63,419 nt of DNA, from contig NC_068988.1 in assembly GCF_001194135.2 (NCBI RefSeq), positions 53,047,114 through 53,110,532 of the forward strand. Reading direction: 5' to 3'. Each line of letters begins with the position of its first letter. Position 1 is the first letter of the stretch. This document shows positions 1-14,479 of this stretch, piece by piece. The notes under the pieces were generated by a model. That model was not told where the DNA came from and made no database searches. It saw only the letters and a program-made list of their open reading frames with translations. The stretch is from Octopus bimaculoides. Lineage: Eukaryota. The position numbers and the translations under genes were made by a program.

Positions 1-52
1 TATGTATATATTTGTTTGTATGTATGTATGTATGTGTGTGTGTGTGTGTTGT

Positions 53-91
<39 letters not shown>

Positions 92-351
92 AGAGAGAGA
101 CACACATATGCATGTGTTTCTGCGTTCATGCTCTATGACGTGTCAATAAAATGTGCAGATAAAGGAGATTACTTTTTTAGAGATGTAACTCAGGTGAACT
201 TAGCTATTTCATAAACAGACGTCAAAAAAATAAGCACCAGACTAAATATAGGAGTCAGTTGGTTCATTTCCTCGTTAACACTATTGTCTTGCAAATGTAT
301 TATATCGTTTAATATTTCATGTGTTTTAACCCTTTAGCATTTAAGCTGCTG

Positions 352-671
352 AATGTGCATAGCGTAGTGGTTAGGGTATTCAGCTCATGATCGTAAGGTC
401 ATGAGTTCAATTTCCAATGACGTGTTCTATCCTTGAGCAAGACACTTTATTTCACATTGCTCCAGTCCACTCATCTGGCAACACTGAGTTGTACCTGTAT
501 TTCAAAGAGCCAGCCTTGTCATATTCTGTGTCATGTTGAGTCTCCCTGAGAACTATGTCAAGAGTACATGTGTCTGTGGAGTGCTCAGCCACATTCATGT
601 TAATTTCATGAGCAGGTTGTTCCATTGATCAGATCAACTAAATCCCTCATCATCATGACCGATAGAGTACC
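352..671 (+). mobile_element. SINE family B (tRNA-like head; CCTTGAGCAAGACAC..GCTCCAGTCCACTCA core; long shared 3' tail)
   Basis: A box TAGTGGTTAGG and B box GAGTTCAATTTCC. Other copies at about 13012-13320 (-), 15160-15312 (-), 20345-20645 (-) and 44512-44800 (+). Confidence 0.8.
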
Positions 672-1112
672 ATTTTTTATTTTTAACTGGTCATATCCAG
701 CCCCAAAATTCTACCTGTCATGTTGAAGCTGGCCAAATCCATCTCATCACACCTATCCTACAATGTTAATCTAAAATCAAGCTATCATATTCTCAAAATC
801 TCAAAGCTACAAGATATAATGCATGATTAATTTTTTTAATGTAAATATAAATAAACACCACATTTGATAGAGAAATCTGATTGCTAAAAGGTTATCTTTG
901 ATAAAGGTATGAAAATTACACAGTCTTATTTTTTTCTCATATTCAAGCAAGGAATCAGTTTATAGTTAAGTATTGTTAACTGGTATTAAAGCTATAGCCG
1001 TAGTTAGGTTTTCAATAAGTAATGATTTCTTTTCATGTACAAAACAAATTAGTGGGTATATATAGCTGATTGGTTCGACCTTAGTATATGACAAGGATTA
1101 ATATGAACAAGT

Positions 1113-1320
1113 GAGGGAGCCTCTACTCAGTTACTTAATCTGCTAGAAATAGCAATCAAATATCAAATTACACTCTCTCTATCATCTTAAATAAAGATTG
1201 GTACAGCAGACTGTTTCATCTTTGATATACAAAAATTCATGTTGGCTATGGTTGGAGCATGTTTGATCATAGATTTGTTCAGTTAGCTATAGATGACATG
1301 GAGGCTAAACGACCATGAGA
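1113..1320 (+). mobile_element. Recurrent repeat family E (GCTAGAAATAGCAGCCAAAT core, ends GGCTAAACAAC); class unknown, probably retroposon
   Basis: Copies at about 2430-2610, 10780-11060 (-), 11365-11670, 47270-47380 (-) and two tandem copies at 63005-63315 (-). Confidence 0.65.
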
Positions 1321-3344
1321 ACTGATCCTTATTTTATTTATCCCCAAAGTATGAAAAACAAAAGTAGGATTAAAAATCAAAAGAACACCACACCAATCTG
1401 GATAATGTTTAGTGTTTCAGTCTCCAACAGTAGAGTGTAAATATGTTAACATTTTGATGGAACACCACAGTTTTGGTCCCGGTGGATTGTGTACTTATAA
1501 CATGGTACATTAATGTTAGTGTGAAGTCTCTTGTTTGTCACTTTTACATATATACCATATTGATAATAGCTTTTTTTATTCATTTATTTACTTTTTACTG
1601 TTAATATGATGCTTGAGATTGTTTTAGGGGTTGGAAAATAAGAAAGGTGCATTGATTATGTTTTTTTTCCTGAGGGCACAACATTAGTTAAGTGCTTATA
1701 GTTCCGGAGACTAAAAATGGGTCACAAATTTGGCACATTATCATTGCACTCTAACTCATGCCACAAGAGAGTAATAATTAATAATGCCATCTCTTCAGTT
1801 TCTTTGATCAAACATAATATTCCACTGTGAATCCTTGTCAATTTTTGTGTCTTCATTCTGTAAGTACATTTGATTTCCATTATTTACTCTAGTTTGTTCT
1901 GCTATTTCTGACTTCAAGGGCAAGCCTCAGTTTTGCAATTTTTTCCATGCCTGATTCCTTCACATAAGCCATCCCATATTTATTATTAGCGCTGTTGCAT
2001 TAATAAAGGCAAGGTCATTTGATTTCCATTCACCAATAGTCCTCATAAATTTTTTTGTTAATTTCCCAGTGGCTTTTCTCTCACTGTAATTAAACCAAGT
2101 AGAACAATGTAAAAACACATGATTTTTCTACAAGAATATTTTTCTTCAACTGTAGTTGTTGCTGTTTAGCCCTAGGCTTACCTCATTGAGGAGACATATG
2201 ATCTAAAGCCTTCCACTCATGACTGCCTCATCTTTATTTTTCCCTTCAAGACAGTGTATTTAGAATTCTGTAAATGGCCAAAGAAAAAATGTGAACATTA
2301 TAACCCTCTTTTATCTAGAAAATTGCAATGAAGACATTGAAATTTAGAGTCTTTTTTTAATAATAGGAAAAATTATGTCTAGAAGTTTTGAGATATTTTT
2401 AATAAGATTATAATTTCCAGATTCTTTATTTGCATGATCTGTTAGGAATAACAGCCAAGTTCCCTTAAATCACATCCAACCATCTTGAAAAAGAAAGACA
2501 TATTGTATAGTGTAGTCCTAGATTATACAAAGCTGTGGAATGGTTTCACCTGGAATACTTTTGATCACAGATCTGCTGAATTAAGGCTGGCCAGGAGCTA
2601 AAAAAACAAACTAGACACCTGTTTCTATCCTATTATGTTCTAGATTCTCACCACCTGACACAAAGCCACCTCTTTCAATACTATTCCCCACTCAGTTGAG
2701 AGCTCATGTCTTGCAAGTTACTTTGTGACCTTGCTGTGTAAAAAAAAAGCACCCAGAACACTCTATCAAGTGGTTGACATTAGGAAGGGCATCTAGCCAT
2801 TAGAAATCATGTCAAAGCAGACAATGGAGTTTGGTGCTGTCTTTTGACTTGTCAGCTCCTGTCAAACTGTCCAACCTGTGTCAGCATGGAAAACAGATGT
2901 TAACGATGATGATGATTTTCAATATCTTTATTACAATGAAAATTAATTGAAACACATAAGCAGTTTACTCAGTGGATATGTAGTAACAAAAATGTGAATC
3001 TGAGCAGGAAGGTCAATGCCTACGATCTTCATAGATCTGTTTAGACTTAGGGATCATAACATTAATGTTAGCGTGGTTAACTTTTGATTACTTACTAGCT
3101 ATTACAAAGTGTTCACTCTACTTTATATCTCTTACAATAATACATCATATGTTTCGTGTGGTGAAGGTGGATGACTGTTAGAAGTTAACCAAGGAAGGTG
3201 TGAAATGAAGTAAAGAGATGAGATCAAATAGTCTTGTAGACACGATTACCCAGGATAAACAGGAATGAGAGATGTGCACCATTGTAGAGCTATTTGTGCA
3301 ACTTGTGTCAGTATCGGAAAATATGAGGAATTAATATACTAAAA

Positions 3345-3790
3345 CTATTGAAGATGATGATGATGGTGATGGTGATGGTGATGGTGATGATGATGATGAT
3401 GATGATGATGGTGATGGTGATGACACTGATGCTGCCAACAATAGTGGTTATGGTGATGATGGTGATTGTATTGCTATTAGCAATGATGGATTTGATGGTG
3501 AGGGCACTGGTAATGATTATGACGATGATGATGATGATTACAAGAGGAGGATGGTAATGGTAAGGAAGACGGTGGTGGTGGTCTCATCATGATGGTGATG
3601 ATGATGATGATGAGGTGGAGAGGAGGGTGGTGATTACTGGCAATTGAAATGTTGATGAAGATAATGATCATTGATGATGATGATGATGATTGTTATTGGT
3701 AGCAGTGATGCTGCTGTTACTGACAATTGATGGGAATAACGACATGATGATAATGATGATGGGTATAATGATTATGATGTGTTAATCTTC
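3345..3790. repeat. Compound (GAT)n/(GGT)n trinucleotide low-complexity tract
   Basis: Directly visible; source of the spurious poly-M/V/H ORFs. Confidence 0.95.
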
Positions 3791-4184
3791 TTGTCTTGAC
3801 ACAAACATTCTGCTGGTGTTGATAACATAGTTTCGCTGGTCTCATGGACTTTTGATTTAGCATCTCTTTGCTTTCTAAGCCTCTTTCATCAATACCTTCA
3901 CAGAATAGTTGTAACACAGGACCCATCTCTCTCTATATAAGTGTGTGTATGTATACATACATGCATATATTTATATGTATGTATAATATATGTACATATT
4001 GTGTATATATGTGTGTATGTAATCTGCTCACTAATACAAAATTCATCTGTCTTTGGTGATATATGATCAATCTCTCTATCTCTCTTTTTCTCAATGTATG
4101 TGTGTTTGTGTGTGTGTATACATACATATACATTTACACACACACACACACACACACATTCACTGATACTAGATTTGTCTGTCA

Positions 4185-4387
4185 CTCCTTTCTCTCTCTC
4201 TACTTCCTTTCTCTCTACTTCCTCTCTCTCTACTTCCTCTCTCTACTTCCTCTCTCTCTCTACTTCCTCTCTCTCTCTCTTTCTCTCTCTACTTCCTCTC
4301 TCTCTCTCTCTTTCTCTCTCTACTTCCTCTTTCTCTCTCTACTTCCTCTCTCTCTCTCTTTCTCTCTCTACTTCCTCTCTCTCTCTT

Positions 4388-4438
<51 letters not shown>

Positions 4439-4469
4439 TTCTCTCTCTCTCTCTTTCTCTCTCTACTTC

Positions 4470-4519
<50 letters not shown>

Positions 4520-4565
4520 TTCTCTCTCTACTTCCTCTCTCTCTCTCTTTCTCTCTCTCTACTTC

Positions 4566-4617
<52 letters not shown>

Positions 4618-4660
4618 TTCTCTCTCTACTTCCTCTCTCTCTCTCTTTCTCTCTCTCATC
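4185..4660. repeat. About 475-bp polypyrimidine (CT)n tract punctuated by CTACTTC and CTTT units
   Basis: Directly visible. Confidence 0.95.
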
Positions 4661-6169
4661 ATTGATACGATATTCCTCAACCTGTACACTTATATCTTTC
4701 ACTCTCTGCACAAATGACCTGGAACTGATAATTTTTGATTTTCTCAGACTGAAGGATCACATAATTGTGTACTGTTAGAGTGAATAGGTTTGGACACAAG
4801 GGTCCGTTTAGATTCTTCTGTCTGTATTGTCAAAGAACTCCCTAAGGATACATGTCATTCCTTCTTTGCTTGCCACCAAATATATATGATGCCTTTTCAG
4901 AGTTTTTCATCTCCGCAAGCCTTCAGAATAAAGGAAAATCCATGGGCAACGAGGAGAAGGAGGAAGGGGACGACGTGGTTGGTGGTGGTGGTATTAGTGG
5001 TAGATGATTGTAAGAAGTTTGGGAGCAAGTTAACTAAGGCTAAGTGAAGGAAGGGAGTAGGAAAGGTGTAGCTTAAATTAGATCAGGTTTGGTCATTGAT
5101 TGGTAGGGTTCAATGATTTTTTTCTTTTTGTTTTTTGAAGGGTCATTTCTGATAGGGAAGAAACTAATATAAGAAAAAAAATCTCCCCCTGTTCACAGGA
5201 GAAACTTTTTTGATTTTTTTTTTTGTTTTTTGTTTTTTTTCCTTTCCTGTATTGAAAAGAGCATTGAAAGGGAGAACAGGAGCATGGCTTTTGTGTGCAT
5301 GTGCACGTGTTTGTGTGCATGTGCACATGTATGTGTGTGCGTGTGTGCGTGCATGTGTGTGTGTGTGAAAGTTAATGTTATAATAGTATAGAAGTATGAA
5401 TGGGTGACAAATGAAAAGTGGGTGGGGAGTGTGTGTCGTAAGTTGGAAAGCAGAGGAGGAAGAATGTGTTTTTGGATAGGGCTTTTATGTAAGGATCATA
5501 ACAATTGTGATGATAGGCAATAGAAAGAGAGAGAGAGAGAGAGGGGGGGGAGAGAGTGTGTGTGTGTGTGTGTGTGTGGATGGGATGGGGGAGAAAAAGT
5601 GAAAACACCTCAATAGCTAAGAAGAGGTTACCAAGAAGAGGTTTCTTTTTCCTAAAAGAAGAGGGGGGAAGATAGTATAAAAACAAAAACAAAAACAAAA
5701 AAAAACTCAGCTAACCCCGTAATTTATTTTTTTTCATNNNNNNNNNNNNNNNNNNNNNNNNNNNNNNNNNNNNNNNNNNNNNNNNNNNNNNNNNNNNNNN
5801 NNNNNNNNNNNNNNNNNNNNNNNNNNNNNNNNNNNNNNNNNNNNNNNNNNNNNNNNNNNNNNNNNNATTTATTTGTTTGTTTATTAATTCTCCTAAGAAT
5901 GTTGATGGCTGATGTATTATCTTCATCTCAGACATGGAAGCAGTTATCCAGCGTAGGGGCAGATTTTGAGATTTAAAGATTGTTAGGAAAGCAAAAGCTG
6001 GAGTGAGGGTTGCTAGAAGCTACGAAACATGCTACTGAAGAGAGAAACTTATTTGCTATGCCTCACCCACTACCACCCTCACCAATAACAGCATCACTAA
6101 AACACAGAGAAAGGGAGAGAGAGAGAAAAAGATATAGATAGATAGAGAGAGAGAGAGAGAGAAAGATAT

Positions 6170-6205
<36 letters not shown>

Positions 6206-6977
6206 TAGGAAATCACAAACAAAACAAATAAACAGCTCCCCACTACACACCCAAATTTTGTTCCATGATAGATAAAAACTGGGAGTTATTTCTTCCTTGC
6301 CCATATTTTACCAAATTTCTTACAGATGTAAATAGTTAGAGCCTTTCTTTTCCTGTTAAAATATTTAAGAGAAAGAGGTTGGTGGTGGTGGTGGTGATGG
6401 TGTTTGGTGGTGGTGCCATTGGTGACGACGGGTGTATGGAATAATCAAAATTATCTGTAATCCCTGCAATGTTATTACTGATGGATGTGTTGAAGCCATA
6501 ATGCTGGGGTTTTATTTCTGTATTTCTTTATTTATTTCTTTTTTTTTCTTTCTTTTCTGAATGGAGCAAATGGGAAATTAATCAGTACTACGTACATATG
6601 TCATTGCTTAACTCTTGTTTTGGAATTATTCAGTTAAATATAATTAAAGAGGTATCTGTCTCCAGGGCTGTTGTTGTGTATACTCTTGTATATGACACCC
6701 CCCTCTTCTCCCTCCCTCTCTCTCTCTCTCTCTCTCTTCCTCCCTCCTGTGTGGTGGGGTTTATTATGAGACTGTGTGTGGCATTATTCAGAGTCATATA
6801 TGTCACTACATGTTTCACTCTGTGTGTGTGTGTGGTTGTTTATATGATTGTGTTTGCTACAATATGTTGTTACTATGTATGTATGCTACATCATGTGTGA
6901 CTTCTTCGTGTGTGTGTGTGTGTATGTGCATGTGCGTGCGTGCATGTGCTGGGACGTCTATCTGCTTATGTGCTACA

Positions 6978-7026
<49 letters not shown>

Positions 7027-8194
7027 NNNNNNNNNNNNNNNNNNNNNNNNNNNNNNNNNNNNNNNNNNNNNNNNNNNNNNNNNNNNNNNNNNNNNNNNNN
7101 NNNNNNNNNNNNNNNNNNNNNNNNNNNNNNNNNNNNNNNNNNNNNNNNNNNNNNNNNNNNNNNNNNNNNNNNNNNNNNNNNNNNNNNNNNNNNNNNNNNN
7201 NNNNNNNNNNNNNNNNNNNNNNNNNNNNNNNNNNNNNNNNNNNNNNNNNNNNNNNNNNNNNNNNNNNNNNNNNNNNNNNNNNNNNNNNNNNNNNNNNNNN
7301 NNNNNNNNNNNNNNNNNNNNNNNNNNNNNNNNNNNNNNNNNNNNNNNNNNNNNNNNNNNNNNNNNNNNNNNNNNNNNNNNNNNNNNNNNNNNNNNNNNNN
7401 NNNNNNNNNNNNNNNNNNNNNNNNNNNNNNNNNNNNNNNNNNNNNNNNNNNNNNNNNNNNNNNNNNNNNNNNNNNNNNNNNNNNNNNNNNNNNNNNNNNN
7501 NNNNNNNNNNNNNNNNNNNNNNNNNNNNNNNNNNNNNNNNNNNNNNNNNNNNNNNNNNNNNNNNNNNNNNNNNNNNNNNNNNNNTATATACATACATACA
7601 TACATACATACATACATGTATACTTGTATACATACATGTATACAAACACACACACATATGCATATGTATGCATACACAAACATGCACATGTGTGTGCAAA
7701 CATGTATGCATGCTATGTTCAGTGTGTGTGTGTGTGTGTGTGTGTAACTGTGTTGTGCACATGTATTAAAAACCTAAAAATATCAATAATGGATGTCTCT
7801 AAACTTTATCATGCCTTTGTGAAGTTCATTAATATTTCAGGAAAACAGTAAGGTGCAGAATGACAATAGGGAGAGAGAAACTAAGGGGAGAACTGGCCTA
7901 GAATAAATAAATTCAATAATGATAATAAAATAAATAGAAGCTGGCCTTAAAATAAAGAATGTTACTTGCTAAACTATAGCTAAACTGATAGTGCACTGTG
8001 TTGCATTATCAGACATAATCGATAGAATCCTAAGGATTCTATTGTTATTGTGTAATTGTGCAACATTGTGCAGCTGTAGGTCTTTAGTGCACTGACTCTA
8101 CAACCTGGTATTCAATCCTCTTTTTTGGAAATGCTTCACTTATGTAACTAATTCCATTGAAAGAAGTGTGAATGTTACATCATCGTGTCATAAT

Positions 8195-8476
8195 CATCAT
8201 CATCATCATCATCATCATCGTTTAACATCCACATTTCTGTGCCTGCATGGATCAGATGGAATTTTGTTGAGGTGGGTTTTCTAAAGCCGGATGCTAACGT
8301 CTCCTGTTGCCAGCCCTCACCTGTTTCCAATCAAGGTGATATTTCGACATGACCAGGCATGTTTCTCATGAAAGATTGGTAACAAAAGACACTGCTTGCA
8401 TGGCAGTGATATTCATTTACAACTATTACATGAAGTCAAGGCTAGGAACCAGTAACTCTTGCACATACATACATAT

Positions 8477-8510
<34 letters not shown>

Positions 8511-8660
8511 TCATAACACAAGCATACATACATACTGGGCTTCTTTCAGTTTTTCTGCTACCAAATCCATTCACAGGGCTTTGGTCAGCCTCAAGCTGTA
8601 GTAGAAGGCACTTGCCCAAGGTACCATGCAGTGGAACTGAACCCAAGACCATATAGTCAG
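8195..8660 (-). mobile_element. SINE with family A head plus RTE-like (GAT)n tail
   Basis: (CAT)n-CGTTTAACATCC at the left end, (CA)n in the middle, reverse A-head at the right. Confidence 0.7.
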
Positions 8661-9029
8661 GATCCCTTATTATCTGAAGTAATGCAGGATAGCAAGGGCT
8701 GGATTGCAGATTGCTCATTGCTCTTTATTACATGTCTATTCAATTATGGATGACCAAGGGCTTATAGCGATAACACAGAGTGCTGTAATGTGAGAGCAGA
8801 AATCACTAACTATTGCATTTATTATTTAATTATATTCCTTTGCATTCTAAGTTCATTAAAAATAATTGTTAGAATACAGAGATCAATCTAATTGGTTAAC
8901 CCCCTTCTCTGTACATTAGCCAAAACTAGAAGTCAATATATTTAGCAAAGAAAAATCTTACTTAGGCTCTCACCTCTTCTTTCATATTAAATTATTTGTC
9001 ATAAAGGAATGATAATAGACATTTTTATT

Positions 9030-9657
9030 GTTTTACTTGTTTCAGTCATTTGACTGTGGTCATGCTGGAGCACCACCTTAATGAAATCAACCTCAGGACA
9101 TATTCTTTGTAAGCGTAGTACTTATTCTATGGGTCGCTTAGCTACAGGGACATAAACACACCAACATTGGTTATCAAGTGATAGTGTCGGGTGTGGGGAG
9201 ACAAACACAAACACACGTGCATAAATACATACCCCCCACATGCACATATACATGTGTGTGTGTGTGTATCTATATATATATATATATATATATATACGAT
9301 AGGCTTCTTTCAGTTTCAACCAAATCCACTCACAAGGCTTTGGTTGGTCTGACGCTATAGTAGAAGACACTTGCTGAAGATGCCATGCCATGGGACTGAA
9401 CCTGGAACCATATGGCTGTGAAGCAAGGCTTCTTACCACAGTCACACCTGCACCTATTTTTAGCTATATTTTTTATATATCTATTTTTGGACTGCAGCCA
9501 TGTGAGGATACTTCCTTGAAGGGTTTTGTCAAATAAATCAACTTATTTTCAAATTTGATACTTATTCTATTGGTCTCTTTTGCCAGTGTAAACAAATCAA
9601 CACTGGTTGTCAAGTGGTTGTTGGAGATAAACACAAACACAAAATACACTCACACAC

Positions 9658-9698
<41 letters not shown>

Positions 9699-9830
9699 AC
9701 AGGCTTCTACATCATTTTTTGTCAACCAAATTCACTCACAAAGCACTGGTCAGCTCTGGGTTTATTGTGCAAGTGGGACTGAAACCAAAACTATGTGGTT
9801 GCAAAGCTAGCTTCTTAACCACGCAGCTAT
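9030..9830 (-). mobile_element. Two tandem older SINE family A copies, minus strand
   Basis: Reverse complements of tail and head modules lie at about 9030-9440 and 9480-9830. Confidence 0.75.
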
Positions 9831-12405
9831 ACCTGCACTTAGTCATACCTAAGAAGGCCACTGACCATACATATAAAAATGACCTACGAGATCTGTCTAT
9901 ATTTGTTAGGTTGTCTAGAAGTAAAGGTAGAAGGTAACGGCAATGTTTGGTTGAAAGTCATTCCTTTGAACCTTCCCTTCACATACTTGGAATTCTTTAT
10001 GAGTGGTGGAATGACGCTTAGCTTTGTCTTGTTTCTATAACTGCCTATTGTAAAAGGAACCCTCTAAGTTTCTTATCTGCATATTGTTTACATAAATTAT
10101 TTGATTTCACTTTATGATTGATACTAACCTTCCCAAAAACAGCCTCTGATTCTGTAACATTAACTTTTTGTTATAAAGAGATCTAATTAAAACCCTTCCA
10201 TCAAAATTTTATGGTAATTTATGTTCTAAACATCAGCTTAATTATGACAAAGTTGTTTTTCTTAAATTCCTAAATTCTTCATTATTTGAAAAATTAATTG
10301 AAACAAAGGCAGTGTATTTCAATAAATATATACCAACAAAAGTGTTAGATAAAACAAATGGAATTGTATATGTTTTGGTTTAGCTGATGAAGCTTGCATT
10401 CATGTGAATTTGGATTATTCTTAGGATAAGAACTACAAATACAAGACTACAAATAGAAGTTCATCTTTGCCGAGGAGATGTGTTGTATGTGGACAATTCT
10501 TCTAAGAAAGGTTCTTTTTATTTATTCTGGCTACAAACTAAACATTGGGATGTTCTTCCATTTGACATTCCATTGTCTGGTTTGATTGATCTATTGAAAT
10601 GCCACACCAAAATGATGTTATTAAATGACTTGTACACCGTGCCTCCAGAAGTAATCACACATCAGTGACTGCTGCTCTTTGATACAAATTCAATGACAGT
10701 AATTTCTTGTTTATTCATAGCAACACAGACCAGCCTTTCTGCCTCTGATTTTACACAATTGCAGTACTCTTTAAATATCATTCATTCATCTAACTGAAAC
10801 AGCCAATCCTTTCTAAAGGACAGGGATCCAGGGAGCTGATTGTTGTTGTTGTTATTTAGCACACAGTGCATCCCTATTCAGGAGACTTGTTTATGATCAG
10901 TGGCATTGTAACTGTGACCATCCCAACTACAGTATCCAATGTTGTCATCCCCGCTTTTTCTTTCCCCCCTTTTTTTTTTGTTTTTGAGATGGCAGGGTAT
11001 ATTTTGAAAGAGATTTGGTTATTTTGAGCAGGTTTAATAACCATAAGCACTCTCATTAGCTTGTCTGCTAATCTGCCTTCTAAGGAGTTGGTATTTATCT
11101 CTGGTTTCAGTGGTATTGAGTGGATAAGTGGTAAGCTTTTACTTAGATTGGTCACCTTTACTCTGGAAACAAACTCAGAGTAACGCTTGACAGTTTCATG
11201 GTATTGATTTTGTTTATTGCTGTGAATTATATCACCGAAAGTACCTACCTATAGCTAGGTGAACTCAATTGTTAATATAGATACAAACAGCAACAGTAAA
11301 ATAATGCAAACTACTGTCTTCCTTGCACTGCCATTTCATATAATATATATTAAATAAACCAACAGATGAGCGTCTTTTCAGTTGCTCAGCCTGAAGAAAT
11401 AATAGCCAAATCTTCCTCAAATTACCACTTACTGTCCTACAATATCACAGATATATTGCACAAGATAGTGCTAGATATATTGTGACAGACAAAAGAAAAT
11501 TAGGATGATTGCAACTAAAATGCATCTCATCATAGGTTTGGGGGCTAAACAATAAGGGAGCATCCAAACAGTAGCTCAGTGGTTAGAAATAACAGCCAAA
11601 TATCTCTCAAATTGCATCCTACCTTTTAAAAAAAGTAAGAGAACACATTGGATAATGTAGTCACAGATATTGTTGGGAGCTTGCTTATGGTGTGTGTTTA
11701 CTGAAAGCCATCGTCGCATGGTTGGTCATTAGAAAGAAGGATGTTGTATCCTTAAATTGAATGAAAGATCAGGCTGGCTGCATGTATTATTAATAAAACA
11801 AATGCATGAATGTTCAACCATATTTTGGAGATCACAAAACTATGCATATGAATATGCAAATTATCACAGATTCGCTGGTTATCAGAATATTTAGTAGAGA
11901 AAATAACAGCCTATACCTAAGAGTAATAAATTTGGTTTTGTATCATTGGAAGATGATTAAAGCTTATTTTTATGTGGCAGAAATTTTATATTTGAAATTC
12001 TTCAATTCTAAGCCATGATGTATGTAAAGTTTTAGTTAGAAAGCTGAATGTAAAACACTGTTGCATAAAGTGCTGAAGCGAAGGCTTTTACTGTTAGATT
12101 GTCTTATCAATGTCAACATCCAGATGAATTTTGCCATTTACCATAGAACTCCCCTCCCCCTTCCCACAAAAAATGTGCAATACCACACAGAAATCTCCAT
12201 ATCTTCCTTGAAACTCACATAGATGGCACTAAGCCTGGAGGGAACTCTGATTAGCATCACAACTGCATACTCATACAGTTAATTGTAGCAACAAAAAGAA
12301 AAAGAAAAGACCAACATAGATATATGAAGAATTGTAATAGTTAATTTGGTATATTTTTTACATCTATTTACTTGTCTCTGCCTCTTTTGAATGTATGTAT
12401 GTTTA

Positions 12406-12451
<46 letters not shown>

Positions 12452-12949
12452 NNNNNNNNNNNNNNNNNNNNNNNNNNNNNNNNNNNNNNNNNNNNNNNNN
12501 NNNNNNNNNNNNNNNNNNNNNNNNNNNNNNNNNNNNNNNNNNNNNNNNNNNNNNNNNNNNNNNNNNNNNNNNNNNNNNNNNNNNNNNNNNNNNNNNNNNN
12601 NNNNNNNNNNNNNNNNNNNNNNNNNNNNNNNNNNNNNNNNNNNNNNNNNNNNNNNNNNNNNNNNNNNNNNNNNNNNNNNNNNNNNNNNNNNNNNNNNNNN
12701 NNNNNNNNNNNNNNNNNNNNNNNNNNNNNNNNNNNNNNNNNNNNNNNNNNNNNNNNNNNNNNNNNNNNNNNNNNNNNNNNNNNNNNNNNNNNNNNNNNNN
12801 NNNNNNNNNNNNNNNNNNNNNNNNNNNNNNNNNNNNNNNNNNNNNNNNNNNNNNNNNNNNNNNNNNNNNNNNNNNNNNNNNNNNNNNNNNNNNNNNNNNN
12901 NNNNNNNNNNNNNNNNNNNNNNNNNNNNNNNNNNNNNNNNNNNNNNNNN

Positions 12950-12985
<36 letters not shown>

Positions 12986-13011
12986 TTCACTTTTTGCACT
13001 TAGTCACTTAT

Positions 13012-13320
13012 GATTACAAGGGTTCCAGTTGATCCAATCACAGAACAGCCTGCTTGTGAAATTAACATGCAAGTGGCCGAGCACTCCACAGACACACATA
13101 CCTTTAAGGTAAGTCTCAGGGAGATTCAGCATGACACAGAATGTGACAAGGCTGACCCTTTGAAATACAGGTACTACTCATTTTTGGCAGCTGGGTTGAC
13201 TGGAGCAACGTAATATAAAGTGTCTTGCTCAAGGACACAGCACACCACTGGGAATTGATCTCGTGACCTTGTGTTACGATTATGAACCAAATACCCTAAC
13301 CACCAGGTCATACACCTTCA
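13012..13320 (-). mobile_element. SINE family B copy
   Basis: Reverse complement of 352-671. Confidence 0.8.
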
Positions 13321-13321
13321 C

Positions 13322-13354
<33 letters not shown>

Positions 13355-13933
13355 ATGCATTTGGTCATTACAATGTGTCTAGGACTAGTCATTGTAAGAT
13401 AACAAAACACAAATGAATTTACCAGAACAAGCTTTATACGTTCACTTTACCTTTCTATAGCTGGGTACAATAGGCCATGAGAATTTACCTAGCTTATAGA
13501 GACAGTTACCAGGTTTTATCACACGCACATGCTGTGGCTCTTTCACTGATTCCTGTCATTGGATTACAACTATACAGGAGCACTACCTTCAAGGATTTAA
13601 CCGATTATATCAACCAGTAGTGTATGGTGTTGCCATGAGGTGTGCAACCATGCTAAACCTGCTACTCTGGCGTAAGTGTTATTTGAAAATAAACTTTCGC
13701 CCATGTCTGTACATATATCATTTTCAATCTGATTCAGTCTTTGTTTCTGAGTGTGTATTATTAGACTTGAAAACGAATTTATAACCAGATTTATATCAGA
13801 ATATTACATATTACATGAGCAGAATTATTGTTATAAAGAAAATGTGCCATCTTTAGTGTGTGTGTGTGTGTGCACTGAACACCATTGCTATATGTACTCT
13901 AATATCAATCTCAAAAGGGGAAAGGATATCTTT

Positions 13934-13934
13934 A

Positions 13935-13988
<54 letters not shown>

Positions 13989-13990
13989 GT
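13934..13990. repeat. (TAT)n microsatellite
   Basis: Directly visible. Confidence 0.95.
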
Positions 13991-14479
13991 TATTATATCT
14001 TATTACTTGTTGTTGTCATTAGATTGTGGTCATGCTAGGGCACTGTCTTGACAGGTTTAGTTGAACAAATTGACATCAGAACTTTTTTTCCTTTTGTTTA
14101 AAGTCTGGTGCATATTATATCAGTCACTTTTGGCTGAATTGCTATGTTAGAAGGAGGTAAACAAGCCAACACCTGTTGTCAAAAGTTGGTGGGGGACAAA
14201 CACAAAGACACACACATATTGATTTCATCAACATCATCATCGTTTAACGTCCGCTCTCCATGCTTGCATGGTTTTACTGGGGTCTGGCAAACAAGGAGGC
14301 CACATAAGGCCCCAATCTGATCTGGCAAAGTTTCTACAGCTGGATGCCCTTCCTAACGCCAACCACTCCAAGAGTGCAGTGGGTGCTTTTTATGTGCCAC
14401 CGGCACAGGAGCCAGATGGGATGAAAGGGCTAGCATCAACCACGTTTAGATGGTGCTTTTTACGTGCCACTGGCACTAG

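Noticed and set aside
10420-10720. Possible Penelope RT relic (LYVDNS; VIK*LVHRASR)
   Set aside because: The motifs are in different frames and far closer than expected; too degenerate to call.
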